A DNA stretch of 63,816 bases, the filler included, from Deltaproteobacteria bacterium (GTDB lineage: Bacteria > JAEEML01): NCBI GenBank assembly GCA_016283195.1. It is 8 parts of 8 records of this genome, joined end to end, with 100 filler letters (N's around TTAATTAATTAA, not from the genome) between each part and the next. Parts side by side here need not be neighbours in the genome. Positions count along the whole stretch, not along the records: positions 45,372 to 55,327 come from JAEEML010000111.1; positions 55,428 to 60,989 come from JAEEML010000112.1; 6 more parts are not named here. One strand, written 5' to 3'. The notes below the pieces were generated by a model. The model did no database searches, was not told the origin of the DNA, and saw nothing but the letters and a program-made list of their open reading frames with translations. Positions 47,988 through 58,304 of the stretch are shown piece after piece. Within the stretch, counting starts at the first letter, position 1, and the number at the start of each line of letters is the position of its first letter. A program made the translations under genes and the position numbers.

Positions 47988-49841
47988 TTAGTGTTCTATC
48001 GGCAGATAGAACATGACATAGTTACCATCAGAGCTATTTAACTGAGTGGTGCCACCTAAAGAGCTGTTTTTACCGCGCTCGCCGATTTCATAGATATAAA
48101 TAGGGTGTTTGTAAACGGTGTTATCAGCTTCGCCGTTGGTTAAGGGATCAGGGGCGTTATTAGCGCCGGCGGTGGTGAGTGAGAAGGCGTAACTGCCGGC
48201 AGTGCCTTCAAAGTCGGAGGCGGCATCAATGCTGGCGTTGGCCGCTACGGCGGTTACGCGGGTTTTATGGACATTTTGCGAAACAGCGGCTTTGTCGATG
48301 ATTTTGCCGGAAGGATCTTTTATCAGAACTACATCATCGATATCGTTACTTTCCCAAGTGCCTAATTTTTCATCAAAAATACGCCAATATAGACTTACTT
48401 TTTCTAAGGCGCCTGATTTTAAAACCGGGTTAAACAGCTGTGACCACTCGCTCATGGTATCGGCCGCTCTGGCAAAGACAATATAGTTGCCGGCGGTGAA
48501 ATTGCTCTGGAAAGTATAGGTGATTTTTTTGTAAGAACTCTTGCCCACATTTTGGTGCAATTCCACCACATAACCCTTGATATTAGCTGCAGTTTCCTTT
48601 TTGTAACCCTCGCCGCAGATGGTGAAGTAAAAATTGGCTTCGTCGGCATCGTCGTTGGGAATGGAAACTTTGGTGCAAGCGCGGCCTATTTCCGTTGGCG
48701 TGAAAATAAGCTTGGCTACCAAACTCTCATTGGGAGAAATATTGGGCTCTGAAGGCTGAGCGGCAATGGCAAAGCAAGAAGAATCGCCCTCTAATGAGAT
48801 GGAATCAGTTAAATGTAAATTAGCAGTGCCAACGTTTTTAATGAGAATATCTATATTCATGGGCTCATTTAAGGGAGCGGAACCAATGAGAATATTTTGG
48901 GAGGTATTTACCACATTGGAATTATTAACGCTGACGCTGATCTCCGGCCTATCGACATAAGAACCCTCGAAGCTGGTGCCTACCAGGGAGATGGAATAGG
49001 TGGAATTGTTGGGATCATCGCTCTCGATGGTGATGTTGGCAACGTGGGTGCCGATGGTGACGGGGGCATAGCGCAGTAGAAAAGTTGTGCTCCCGCCGGC
49101 GGCGACTTCAGCGGCAGCATCACTTATAATAGCAAAATTTTTAGTGTCACTTAAGTTAATAACCGAGTCGTCCTCTTTGTTTAGTGTAAGTTTTGAGCTG
49201 CCGCGGTTGAAAATGGTAAATTTCAGGTCAATGTGCTTTTTGGTTTCTGTTTTGCCGATATCGACATTTATGGTGCCGTTTGGCATATCGCGGCCTTTGG
49301 TATCGGTGATGGTGTCCGAAGTGATGCTGTCCAGATGAAGATCTATCTTGGGCTCATGAGTTACAGCTTTAGCAGATAATTTAATGATGAATTCTTTGGC
49401 ATTTTTGGCATCGGAATAGATTTTAACATCGCAATTGAAAGTGCCGGCGCTTTCCGGATTATAGAGTATGGTGAACTGATTAGCAGAGGAAGGTTGCAGT
49501 GATTTGGGCAATTCCTGGGTTATTTTATAGCCGAGGCAGCTAATAAAAACTGTAGGATTTTGGGTAAAACGTATCACCGCATCGCTGTTGTTATAAGCCG
49601 AAAAGATTAATTCAATCGGTTGCCCGAGCGGGTGCTCTCCCAGATAGAGGCTTTGACCGTTGGTAATAGTATTATTACCGAAGGTGATGGAGAGACCGCT
49701 GGGAATTGTTTGCGGAGTTTGGGAACCAGACCCCGGTTCATTAGTTTCTTCGCCTCCACAAGCGCCGGCGCCTAGAACCAAGGTGATGAGCAAGGCGGAA
49801 AGCAAGGTTTTATGGCCTATTATTGATTTAAAATGTTTCAT
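47988..49841 (-). CDS. Lipoprotein with three Ig-like (choice-of-anchor D/ASH-type) domains
   Basis: Lipobox AGAC; repeated F.I.N.G...L and I.SDD motifs. Confidence 0.75.
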   Translation of the reverse strand: MKHFKSIIGHKTLLSALLITLVLGAGACGGEETNEPGSGSQTPQTIPSGLSITFGNNTITNGQSLYLGEHPLGQPIELIFSAYNNSDAVIRFTQNPTVFISCLGYKITQELPKSLQPSSANQFTILYNPESAGTFNCDVKIYSDAKNAKEFIIKLSAKAVTHEPKIDLHLDSITSDTITDTKGRDMPNGTINVDIGKTETKKHIDLKFTIFNRGSSKLTLNKEDDSVINLSDTKNFAIISDAAAEVAAGGSTTFLLRYAPVTIGTHVANITIESDDPNNSTYSISLVGTSFEGSYVDRPEISVSVNNSNVVNTSQNILIGSAPLNEPMNIDILIKNVGTANLHLTDSISLEGDSSCFAIAAQPSEPNISPNESLVAKLIFTPTEIGRACTKVSIPNDDADEANFYFTICGEGYKKETAANIKGYVVELHQNVGKSSYKKITYTFQSNFTAGNYIVFARAADTMSEWSQLFNPVLKSGALEKVSLYWRIFDEKLGTWESNDIDDVVLIKDPSGKIIDKAAVSQNVHKTRVTAVAANASIDAASDFEGTAGSYAFSLTTAGANNAPDPLTNGEADNTVYKHPIYIYEIGERGKNSSLGGTTQLNSSDGNYVMFYLPIEH

Positions 49842-49876
49842 GTTGTTCCTCCCGAACAAAAAAAATCGGCATTATG

Positions 49877-50851
49877 TTAGCAGTTTTTGGAGTTTTTTGA
49901 AAGAAATTGGCATAGTAGATCGATTAAAGCGGCTTTGACGGTCATTTTATAGCGCTCAAATGCGGCTATTTCTTTGGCAAATGCCGGGTTTTTCTCTGCT
50001 TTCCAGCGGCGATGCAGCCACAGCCAGGCGGCCGGGTTTTCGCGGATCCAGCCCTCTACAATAGCGGTATATTTTTGGGTGTTATAGCGCAAGTTATCCA
50101 GATCGGCGGCAAAAGGTTCCTCATAATGTAGAGCTTTTTCGACATATAGCTTGTGTGTGCCATTGGGCTGCCGCACCATGTGGACGGGGATAATCGGTGC
50201 CCCGGTATCGCGGGCCAGGGCGGCCAGGCCGGCAGTGGTGGAGGCATAGCGGCCAAAAAATTCTACTATCATGCCGCGGCGGGGGCTGATATGCTGATCG
50301 ATGATGATGCCCACGGTTTCGCCGCGCTTTAAAGCCTCTTTAAGTTTGGAAAAACTGCCGCGCGGCTCGGCCATGACCATGCCGGAATTGCGGCGAATTT
50401 GTTCGATAAAGCGCTGAATGCCCTTGTTTTTAACGAGGCGCACCGGCACTGTTAGGGGCACGCCCATGTGAGCCTGGCTCATGGACATGAGATCCCAAGA
50501 GGTAATATGCGCGCAGAGTATGATGACGCCGCGTCCCTCCTTTAAGGCCTCGTAATAGTGCTCAACCTGCTGCCGCACGACCAATTTTGGGGCATTTTCG
50601 CTGTTTAAAAGCGGGAGGCGCAGATCTTCAATGAGATACTGGCCCATATTTATGAAAGTACCGCGGGCTATTTCTTTGATTTCTTTGGGGGATTTTTCCG
50701 GAAAGGCCCGCTTTAGATTCTTCAAAACTTCCCCGCGGCGGATGCGCAGAATATGAAACCAAAAGAGCCCGAGCCATTTCCCGGCCCTAAGTGCAGCGGT
50801 TAGAGACAGGCGGCAACAGATGAATGAGAGAAAAGTAATCAGATGATACAT
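49877..50851 (-). CDS. Lipid A late acyltransferase (LpxL/HtrB family)
   Basis: NL..AFPE, H...WD, DQH, FFG, WLWLHRRWK. Confidence 0.9.
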   Translation of the reverse strand: MYHLITFLSFICCRLSLTAALRAGKWLGLFWFHILRIRRGEVLKNLKRAFPEKSPKEIKEIARGTFINMGQYLIEDLRLPLLNSENAPKLVVRQQVEHYYEALKEGRGVIILCAHITSWDLMSMSQAHMGVPLTVPVRLVKNKGIQRFIEQIRRNSGMVMAEPRGSFSKLKEALKRGETVGIIIDQHISPRRGMIVEFFGRYASTTAGLAALARDTGAPIIPVHMVRQPNGTHKLYVEKALHYEEPFAADLDNLRYNTQKYTAIVEGWIRENPAAWLWLHRRWKAEKNPAFAKEIAAFERYKMTVKAALIDLLCQFLSKNSKNC

Positions 50852-50857
50852 GGCCGG

Positions 50858-52027
50858 TTATTCAGCGCTTATCGGCGTAAAGCCCAAAGGCTGCCAGGGT
50901 AAATCGGCCGGGGTAGCGATGAGAGCATAAGGGGAGGGCGCCAGTATAAGGCTGTTTTCCTGCTCTCGCACCGTGGGCCAGAGATTATGCCAGATGGTGT
51001 GTTCAAGGCCCGATAAATTGAGCGCCGATTCTTTAGCGGTAGTGATTTTGCTATAAGCGGAAAGAGCTTCTCTATAGCCATCTTTTATGAGCTCTTTATT
51101 CATAGATTCTTCCAGCTCGTCGCTGGGATAGAGGCCCTCTTTTTTGCACATAATGTGCAGGCGTAAAATAGCAGTGCGCAGGAGTTCCGGCGGATTTTGG
51201 GCGCTTTTTTGCCAATAAGCGGCGATTGAATGTTCGGCACGGCTATCGGAAGAATTATCGGCATCGCTCAGCATAAGATCACTGCCGCGTTTGCCGGCGG
51301 CCAGGCTCCACTCTTTAAATTCCACTCTGGTGATGCGCTGGCGGCCGCGATAATCGGGGTTATTTTTTTGTACCATGGCCATAAGCTCTAAAAATATCTC
51401 GCCCCAAGAGGGATTTTGCATAACTGCCCGGCGCAAAACAGCAAATTGCCCAACAGAGAAGATACCGAGAGCCGATAGGAGCAATATATCGTTGATATGT
51501 GGTTTTTGCGCCGCGGCGGCCAGTGGCAAGTCCAAAAGTTCGGCTCTGGCGGCGGCCATAAGCAAAATATATGGCGGCAGGCCGGTGGCGCTGTAAAGAT
51601 CTTGTCTGGCGGCCGGGATGGCGGCAGCACTCAAAAAATCGGCCAGATTATTAATACCAAGGCGGCTGAAAACAGGGCGGTAATTATTGGAAATAAATTG
51701 TAAAATCGGCACATTGCCGGCTTCTCCGCTATGGCCGCCGGCCGGCAAACCGGAAAGGTAATTAAGGCGATTCCCGCCGAGGCCCAGGGCATTTTGCCGG
51801 CGCTTTATAGCCGAGTTATCAACACGCTCTATTTGTTCGTCTTCGTCAGCCGAAGCACCGAATATTTTTGATAACCCGCTTACCAGCTTATCCAAAACAG
51901 AAGGGCCGCCGCCATCTTCGGCAGCTTTAACTGTTGGGATATATTGTGTTGTTTGGATTATATGCCGGCGCAGATCGGCCAGGACTTTTTGATCGCTTGT
52001 GGCTGATTTGGTTAAGGAAAGAGTCAT
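50858..52027 (-). CDS. Hypothetical protein with DUF4332-like region
   Basis: LGINNLADFL.AAA.PAARQDL...TGLP....L..AARAELL. Confidence 0.55.
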   Translation of the reverse strand: MTLSLTKSATSDQKVLADLRRHIIQTTQYIPTVKAAEDGGGPSVLDKLVSGLSKIFGASADEDEQIERVDNSAIKRRQNALGLGGNRLNYLSGLPAGGHSGEAGNVPILQFISNNYRPVFSRLGINNLADFLSAAAIPAARQDLYSATGLPPYILLMAAARAELLDLPLAAAAQKPHINDILLLSALGIFSVGQFAVLRRAVMQNPSWGEIFLELMAMVQKNNPDYRGRQRITRVEFKEWSLAAGKRGSDLMLSDADNSSDSRAEHSIAAYWQKSAQNPPELLRTAILRLHIMCKKEGLYPSDELEESMNKELIKDGYREALSAYSKITTAKESALNLSGLEHTIWHNLWPTVREQENSLILAPSPYALIATPADLPWQPLGFTPISAE

Positions 52028-52971
52028 TGGCGGCCGCTCCTTTTGTGGCTGTTTTTACCTTTTTTGCCTTTTGATCCCTTGGCCGGGCTGTTTTTGTCTT
52101 TGGCTGCTTTGGCTGGGGCAGAATCCTCCGCTTTAGCTGGCTGCCCGTTTTCCCGGCTGGCGGCGGCCGGCGGCGTTTTGCTCTTTTTAATTTCTTTTAT
52201 GGTGCCGGCAGGGGCACTTGGGGCGGAGGTGTCTTGGGGCTTTGGCGACTCATCTTTATAGATTTGTGAGGCTCTTGTTATCATGTCCGGCATGGGCAGA
52301 GAGCGCGGTTTAAAGAAGCTCTCGGCTTGCCTTGCCACCGGTTCTATACGCCCCTTAAGCCCGGGAACAATCGGCGTAATGCCTTCGATCATCCCTTCTA
52401 TTTCATCGCTGATGGGGAGATAAAGCTCGCTTATGCCAAAAGAGCTAATCATAACCAGGCGATCACCACGGTCAAAAAAGTAATTAATTTGGGAAATTAC
52501 AATATTTTGGCCGGAGAGCAACGTATAATCGTAGCGCAGGCGTACGGCGGCTATGTCATTAAATGTGACATTGCGCTGATCGCGATAAGTTATGCGAATT
52601 TGTTTGGCTTTTTCCTGGTCGGCCAGGGCGCGGAGATTTTTATTAATAAATTGCTTCAAAGTTGGAACATCATCTTGTTTGTTTTCCACATAAAAATCAA
52701 CACGCGGCGCGCCGGCTAAAGGCATATCTTTTATAAGGCGCAAGACAATAGCCGAATTTTCCGGCGGCAGATCATCCTTTTTCCAGCCGCTGGCCAAAGG
52801 AAAGGCAATGGCTGCTTCATCGAGGCGCAGCATATTCTGGCTTTCTTCCGGCGCGGCTCCGGCGCCGCCTGGCCAAGAGAGAAGCAAAAGCAGAGCGAGG
52901 GCCAGCTTTTTTACCAGGCGAGGGCCGCTTTTAAGAGCTCTTGCGGAACAGTTTGAACTTTTATATTGCAT
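52024..52971 (-). CDS. Exported hypothetical protein (PsbP-like core, basic Pro/Ala tail); true start probably downstream of 52971
   Basis: Signal peptide VKKLALALLLLLSWPGGAGA; operon context. Confidence 0.6.
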   Translation of the reverse strand: MQYKSSNCSARALKSGPRLVKKLALALLLLLSWPGGAGAAPEESQNMLRLDEAAIAFPLASGWKKDDLPPENSAIVLRLIKDMPLAGAPRVDFYVENKQDDVPTLKQFINKNLRALADQEKAKQIRITYRDQRNVTFNDIAAVRLRYDYTLLSGQNIVISQINYFFDRGDRLVMISSFGISELYLPISDEIEGMIEGITPIVPGLKGRIEPVARQAESFFKPRSLPMPDMITRASQIYKDESPKPQDTSAPSAPAGTIKEIKKSKTPPAAASRENGQPAKAEDSAPAKAAKDKNSPAKGSKGKKGKNSHKRSGRQ

Positions 52972-54092
52972 TGTAATCCATGCCTTAAAGCTAATTTGGC
53001 CAAAGTGAGCGCCGGCAAAGAAATCAGTTCCGGCCCCTCCTTGGCTGTGGCACTTTGAAATTCATAGCGCACAATAAAACGAATAGCACGATCAAATAGC
53101 ACTTGGTTGCCATCTAAAATAGCCAGCCAGGCCTCTACATAGGCACTGCGCATACCGTCGCTATGGCGATAATAACGCAAAAGTTCGCGCATCGGTGCCC
53201 ACTTTTGATCCAGATAAAAGCCCATGAGCCAAAAGCGCATTATATTGAAAATATTGTGAAAATAAAGAGCAGGGTCGCTGGTTATTTTAAAAAATTCTAG
53301 CGCTTTTGCGCTATGCCCCAGAAGCACTGCACTATAGAGTGCTTCCACACTGGCAGTGCTGCGGCCGCCAATCAGGTCGCTGTAGCGGTCCAGGCGGTAT
53401 TTGCCGGAGCGGATATCGCAGCTTAAGTCATAGACAATGCCAAAAGCGCCGCCCAAGGTCTTGGCCCAGCGTGCCGAATCTTTATCCAGATAATAATTGG
53501 CATGGGCCTCTTTGGTGACCGCGCTATATAAATCAGTGTAGAGATAGGGGCTCGGCAACATAGCTTGCAAATTAGAGAGCTCTTTTTGCACCGCGCGGTA
53601 TTGGTGATTATTTTCCTCGCGCCTGGCTTCTAAATCCTCCAGCGCTTTTTTATCGGCTTCAACTTGCGGTTTTAATTGGCTTAATTCGGCCTCTTTATCT
53701 TCAATACGCACATTGAGGCGGGCTCTTTCACGTTTTAATTTATTGGCCGATGGACTACGGCCCAATTTGGCTATTTCTTCTTTTATTTCCTCGGCTTTTT
53801 GCTTTAAAATGGCCACATCCTGATGCAAAGAGAGAATTTGGTCATTTTCGGCGCCGATTTTTTCGGAGAGCTCCTCTATATCTTTTTCGCCGCGCTGGAT
53901 AGTGGCGCGCAGGGTATCCAGGCGGCTTAAAATGCCGGCGAGTTCGGCTTTGGTGCTCTCGGCCAAAAGGCGGGCTTCTTTGACTTTGGCTTTGAGGTCT
54001 TCTACTTCGGCAGATAATTCTGCCAAAACAGTGAGTACCTGAGCCTCGTTAAAGGAGGGCAGAGCAAGTTTTTGCGGATTAAAGGCCGGCAT
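52911..54092 (-). CDS. Coiled-coil protein with C-terminal Imm49-like domain
   Basis: Long heptad region; C-terminus LISLPALTLAKLALRHGLQCNIKVQTVPQELL; AAGGAG SD. Confidence 0.6.
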   Translation of the reverse strand: MPAFNPQKLALPSFNEAQVLTVLAELSAEVEDLKAKVKEARLLAESTKAELAGILSRLDTLRATIQRGEKDIEELSEKIGAENDQILSLHQDVAILKQKAEEIKEEIAKLGRSPSANKLKRERARLNVRIEDKEAELSQLKPQVEADKKALEDLEARREENNHQYRAVQKELSNLQAMLPSPYLYTDLYSAVTKEAHANYYLDKDSARWAKTLGGAFGIVYDLSCDIRSGKYRLDRYSDLIGGRSTASVEALYSAVLLGHSAKALEFFKITSDPALYFHNIFNIMRFWLMGFYLDQKWAPMRELLRYYRHSDGMRSAYVEAWLAILDGNQVLFDRAIRFIVRYEFQSATAKEGPELISLPALTLAKLALRHGLQCNIKVQTVPQELLKAALAW

Positions 54093-54268
54093 GGCTACTC
54101 CTTCCGTTTCCACCACGCTACTTTAGCACGAACTTCCGGCCTTTCAAGTGAATAACCAACGAAGCAGGCCAGATAGAATAAAATAGTTGCAATAAGTTGC
54201 CATAAGCGCTAGATAAACTGCACTGTTTAGCCACTTTTGGCCACTTGGCGCGAAGGCGGGTATAGCGG

Positions 54269-54529
54269 ATGAAAAAAATTAACATTTTGTTTCTCTCTTC
54301 TTGGCTGCTTGCCGCGTGTGCCGATCCATGTATGGATTTGGCCAAGCAAATTTGCGCTTGTGAGCCTACTATTGTAAAACAGCAGAGTTGCGATCTTAGG
54401 GTAGAGGCTCAGGCTGAATATCGCGAGCCCACCAAGGAACAGATGGAACAGTGTGAAGTTATAAAAGAAAACTGCACATGTGAAAAATTAGCCGCCGGCG
54501 ACATGGCTGCGTGCGGGCTTGCACGTTAG
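54269..54529 (+). CDS. Small Cys-rich lipoprotein
   Basis: Lipobox LAAC followed by eight further Cys. Confidence 0.7.
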   Translation: MKKINILFLSSWLLAACADPCMDLAKQICACEPTIVKQQSCDLRVEAQAEYREPTKEQMEQCEVIKENCTCEKLAAGDMAACGLAR

Positions 54530-54545
54530 ACAATGTGAGGGTATT

Positions 54546-55327
54546 ATGGCTCCTGCCAAAATTATCGGGATTGATTTAGGTACTACCAATAGTTGCGCCG
54601 CCTATGTTGATGACCAGGGTAAGGTGGTGATTATTCCTTATCGTGGAGGGGAGTTTACCATTCCCTCGGTAGTGGCAGTGGACAGCAAGGGGCGAGAGCT
54701 GGTTGGCTATGAAGCCAAGCGCCAGATTAGCCTTAATCCCTTTAATACTGTTTATGGTTCCAAGCGCCTTTTGGGGATCAGCTACGATAGCGAAGTGGTA
54801 GCCAAAATGCGCGAGACGGTTTCCTTTACCATGCAGCGGGGGCCGGATAACTCGGTGGTGGTGCCGATAGCCGGCGTTATTTATACGCCTACTCAGTTGG
54901 CGAGCCGCATATTAGCCAAGATTCGTGAGGTAGCTTCGGCGCATTTTGGGGAAGAAGTTACCCAGGCGGTGGTGACCGTTCCGGCCTATTTTAACGAGCG
55001 CCAGCGCCATGAAGTAAAAGAAGCCGGCCGGCTTATCGGCCTGGAAATTGTTAGTATTATTAATGAACCAACGAGCGCGGCTTTAGCTTACGGCGCCGGT
55101 AGAAATCGCACCGAACGCGTTGCCGTTTATGACCTTGGCGGCGGTACTTTTGATATATCCATTATTGAAATTCGCGATCAGGTTTTTGAAGTAAAAGCCA
55201 CGGGCGGTGCCACTTTTTTGGGTGGCCTCGATTTTGACCGTGCTTTGGTGCAATATGTCCTTTCCAATTTTAAGATGGAATCGGGCATAGATTTAAGCGG
55301 TGACCCGGTGGCCATGCAGCGCATTCA
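54546..55327 (+). CDS. Hsp70/DnaK-family protein, 3'-truncated
   Basis: IGIDLGTTNS, TVPAYF, IINEPT.AALAYG, YDLGGGTFDIS. Confidence 0.93.
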
Positions 55328-55427
55328 NNNNNNNNNNNNNNNNNNNNNNNNNNNNNNNNNNNNNNNNNNNNTTAATTAATTAANNNNNNNNNNNNNNNNN
55401 NNNNNNNNNNNNNNNNNNNNNNNNNNN

Positions 55428-55763
55428 AAAGTAAAGAGCGGCAAGCGGGCCATTACCGACTACAAAACAGTAGCCACTTTTAACGGTGCCAGCGATTTGG
55501 AACTCTGCCTGCACACCGGCCGCACCCATCAAATCAGAGTGCATCTGGCCGATAACGGCTGCCCCATTATCGGCGACGACACCTACGGCCCGCACCATTT
55601 CGGCAATTTGCCGGAACCTTTGCGCACCATTTGCCAAAAAGCGGCGCGCCCCATGCTGCACTCCTTTTCGCTGACTATTTGCCACCCGGTGAGCGGTAAA
55701 GAGATGACCTTCACCGCCCCACTGCCGGATGATTACCGCGAATTACTTGGAGAACTGGGGTAA
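55428..55763 (+). CDS. RluA-family pseudouridine synthase, 5'-truncated
   Basis: A.T.Y, TGRTHQIRVHL...G.PI.GD..YG, LH...L...HP. Confidence 0.92.
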   Translation, partial: KVKSGKRAITDYKTVATFNGASDLELCLHTGRTHQIRVHLADNGCPIIGDDTYGPHHFGNLPEPLRTICQKAARPMLHSFSLTICHPVSGKEMTFTAPLPDDYRELLGELG

Positions 55764-55766
55764 AGA

Positions 55767-57233
55767 ATGGCCGAAAAAGGAGCAATTTACCGGGTTTTTA
55801 ACCAAGCCACTTTGGATAAAGCCGCCCCTATTCTCGATAGCAGCCCGCTATGGGGCATGGAAGCTCTTAAAGCCGGCGACAATGGGCTGCGCTATGTGGT
55901 GCTCTCCTCTTTTGATAACCAGGTTATCATAGCATTTGAAAACTGCGATGAAGCCGTTATTTCGGCACTTAGCCGTCTTTTACGTAGCAAATGGCTAATC
56001 ACTAAAGAGGCGCAGCGGCTCGGGGCCATATTTAGAGCTTCCGGGCTCACAAACGGCCTTAATATGGTTGATTTTGCTCTGCCGGCGAAGCTTTTGCACG
56101 CCGGAGAAAAGGCAGAGCCGCCGGGGCCCAAAGTACCCTCTTCTGCCGATGAACTGCAAAACATTTGCCGCCTTTCTTATGCCTATTTGGAGACCTTTAT
56201 TAATGATTTGCCGGCGGTAACAGCCAGTGGGCTCACCAAAATTTTGCAGCTGGAAGTAGCTTTAACGCCGGTACTTATGGCCATGGAAGCTAAAGGCATG
56301 CCCTTTTCCCTCAAAATCTGGCAGGAAAGCATTAGCCTCAAAAAGCAGGCGACGGAGCAAGATGGCGAGTGGGAGCGGGCTAAAGCTCTGGCTATGCGCG
56401 ATATTATTCCCCATTTAAGCAGCGATAATCGCCTGCACAGCCATTATAATTCCCTGGGGGCAGCCACCGGCCGGCTCAGTAGCTCGGCGCCTAATTTACA
56501 ATCTATTCCCAGCCATCCGCTGGTGCGCCGCGCTTTTGCCGCGCCGCTCGGGCATTTGCTTATCAGCGCCGATTATTCCGGCGCCGAGCTGCGCATATTG
56601 GCCGAGCTCTCCAAAGAGCCGGCTTTTTTGGAGGCCTTTGCCGCCGGAGTGGATTTTCATAGCGCCATTGCTACGCGCGTATTTGGGCAAAATGTCACCA
56701 AGGAGAGCCACCCCGAACTCAGAAAGCAGGCCAAAATCATCAATTTCGGCCTGGCTTACGGCATGGGGGCAGCCAGTCTGGCCAAAACGGCCAATATTTC
56801 TCTCGATGCGGCCCAAAAGCTTTTGATCCGCTATCAACACTCCTTCCCCACTCTCTTTGGTTATTTGCGCGAGAGCGCCGCCGCCGCCATAAATCGTGGC
56901 TATGCCGCCACGATTTTAGGCCGCCGCCGCTATCTGGGCGACCTGGAGCCGGCCGAAGCCGAGCGCGTGGCCAAAAATATGCCTATTCAGGGTAGCTGTG
57001 CCGATATTATTAAAATTGCCTTGGTGCGCCTCCACGCGCGCTTAAAAGAGAGCCTGCCGGAAGTGGCTATTATCAATACCGTGCATGATGAGATTATTCT
57101 GGAAGCTCCGGCCGAAAAGGCGGCGGCGGCCAGAGAGCTTGCAGCTCTCACTATGGCGGCGGCGGCGCGGGCTATCCTCCCCACTGTGGGCATGGAAGCG
57201 GATGTAAAAAGCGGCGAAAGCTGGGAGCATTAG
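55767..57233 (+). CDS. Compact family A DNA polymerase
   Basis: ATGRLSS..PNLQ.IP, motif A ADYSGAELR, motif B R..AK..NFG..YG, motif C VHDEI. Confidence 0.9.
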   Translation: MAEKGAIYRVFNQATLDKAAPILDSSPLWGMEALKAGDNGLRYVVLSSFDNQVIIAFENCDEAVISALSRLLRSKWLITKEAQRLGAIFRASGLTNGLNMVDFALPAKLLHAGEKAEPPGPKVPSSADELQNICRLSYAYLETFINDLPAVTASGLTKILQLEVALTPVLMAMEAKGMPFSLKIWQESISLKKQATEQDGEWERAKALAMRDIIPHLSSDNRLHSHYNSLGAATGRLSSSAPNLQSIPSHPLVRRAFAAPLGHLLISADYSGAELRILAELSKEPAFLEAFAAGVDFHSAIATRVFGQNVTKESHPELRKQAKIINFGLAYGMGAASLAKTANISLDAAQKLLIRYQHSFPTLFGYLRESAAAAINRGYAATILGRRRYLGDLEPAEAERVAKNMPIQGSCADIIKIALVRLHARLKESLPEVAIINTVHDEIILEAPAEKAAAARELAALTMAAAARAILPTVGMEADVKSGESWEH

Positions 57234-57370
57234 TGCCATCTATTGTCCCGGCCTTTGGGCCGCCGCCACACTAGCCGATTGGCCCCAAATACATCTTTTT
57301 CTCTCGCTATCTGCCGGTTATTCGCTATAATATTGCCACATGGGCGGCAGGGCTTCTCATGGGAGGATTC

Positions 57371-58303
57371 ATGGGCACCAAGGATAAAACCACGCGGCGG
57401 CTGGAAGAATACAACGATGTATTTGCCGACATCATCAATGTGCTGGTGTTTAAAGGAGAACGCCGGGTACTTGAGGATGATTTGGCCGATGTAACAACAA
57501 AATCTGAATTTCTAGCCGACAATAAAGGGCTACGCAGCCAGGATAGGGATATTGTTAAATTTTGGATGAAGCAGCAGGTTAAAATAGCTCTCTTTGGCCT
57601 TGAAAATCAGGCTAAACCTGATTTCCAAATGCCACTAAGAGTTTATAGCTACAACGGTGCTTCTTATAAAACCCAAATTATTCATGACAAAAAATCACCA
57701 AATCTTGAGCCGCAGCAAGGATTTTACCCTGTGCTGACGCTGGTGCTCTATTTTGGCCTGACGCGCTGGAATACCGCCAAAACATTGTATGAAGCGGTAA
57801 AAATTCCCGATGATATGAAGCCGTTTATCCCAGATTTGCCCATTAACCTGGTTGAAGTAGCCTGGCTGGATGATGAGGTTATTGATAAATTTCAAAGTGA
57901 TTTCAAGGTGGTGGCCAAATTTTTCAAGCAACTGCGTCTGCGTGGTGATACCTACATCGATATGCAGGATCCCACATTGTCACAAACAATTATCCATTTT
58001 ATAGAACTGATGCGCCTGATGAGTGCCTACTCCGGCGATTCCAGATTTGAAGCAGATGCGCAGAATATACCACCAACAAAGGAGAGAACCATGTTAGCTG
58101 TTTTAACAAGACTGGAAAACAATGGCCGAAATCAGGGCATGCGCGAAGAGCGTCTGGGCCTGACCACGCTTTTTGCCAACCTCTTTAAGCAGGGCCGCGG
58201 CAGTGACGTGCAGCGGGCCGTGGAAGAGCCGGAGTATTTAAAGAAGATTATGGAGGAATTTGGTATGAAAGATGATGTGGATATAGAGGAAGCCGGTAAA
58301 TAA
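57371..58303 (+). CDS. Rpn-family recombination-promoting nuclease / putative transposase (PD-(D/E)XK)
   Basis: D...K/R.L....DVFADI.N, RDI.K, GLENQ...D..MPLR...Y, PV.TLVLYFG...W. Confidence 0.85.
   Translation: MGTKDKTTRRLEEYNDVFADIINVLVFKGERRVLEDDLADVTTKSEFLADNKGLRSQDRDIVKFWMKQQVKIALFGLENQAKPDFQMPLRVYSYNGASYKTQIIHDKKSPNLEPQQGFYPVLTLVLYFGLTRWNTAKTLYEAVKIPDDMKPFIPDLPINLVEVAWLDDEVIDKFQSDFKVVAKFFKQLRLRGDTYIDMQDPTLSQTIIHFIELMRLMSAYSGDSRFEADAQNIPPTKERTMLAVLTRLENNGRNQGMREERLGLTTLFANLFKQGRGSDVQRAVEEPEYLKKIMEEFGMKDDVDIEEAGK
58091..58303 (+). CDS. Putative in-frame internal small protein (RpnS-like antitoxin), 70 aa
   Basis: AAGGAG (58079-58084), 6-nt spacer, then in-frame ATG at 58091. Confidence 0.6.
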   Translation: MLAVLTRLENNGRNQGMREERLGLTTLFANLFKQGRGSDVQRAVEEPEYLKKIMEEFGMKDDVDIEEAGK

Positions 58304-58304
58304 C

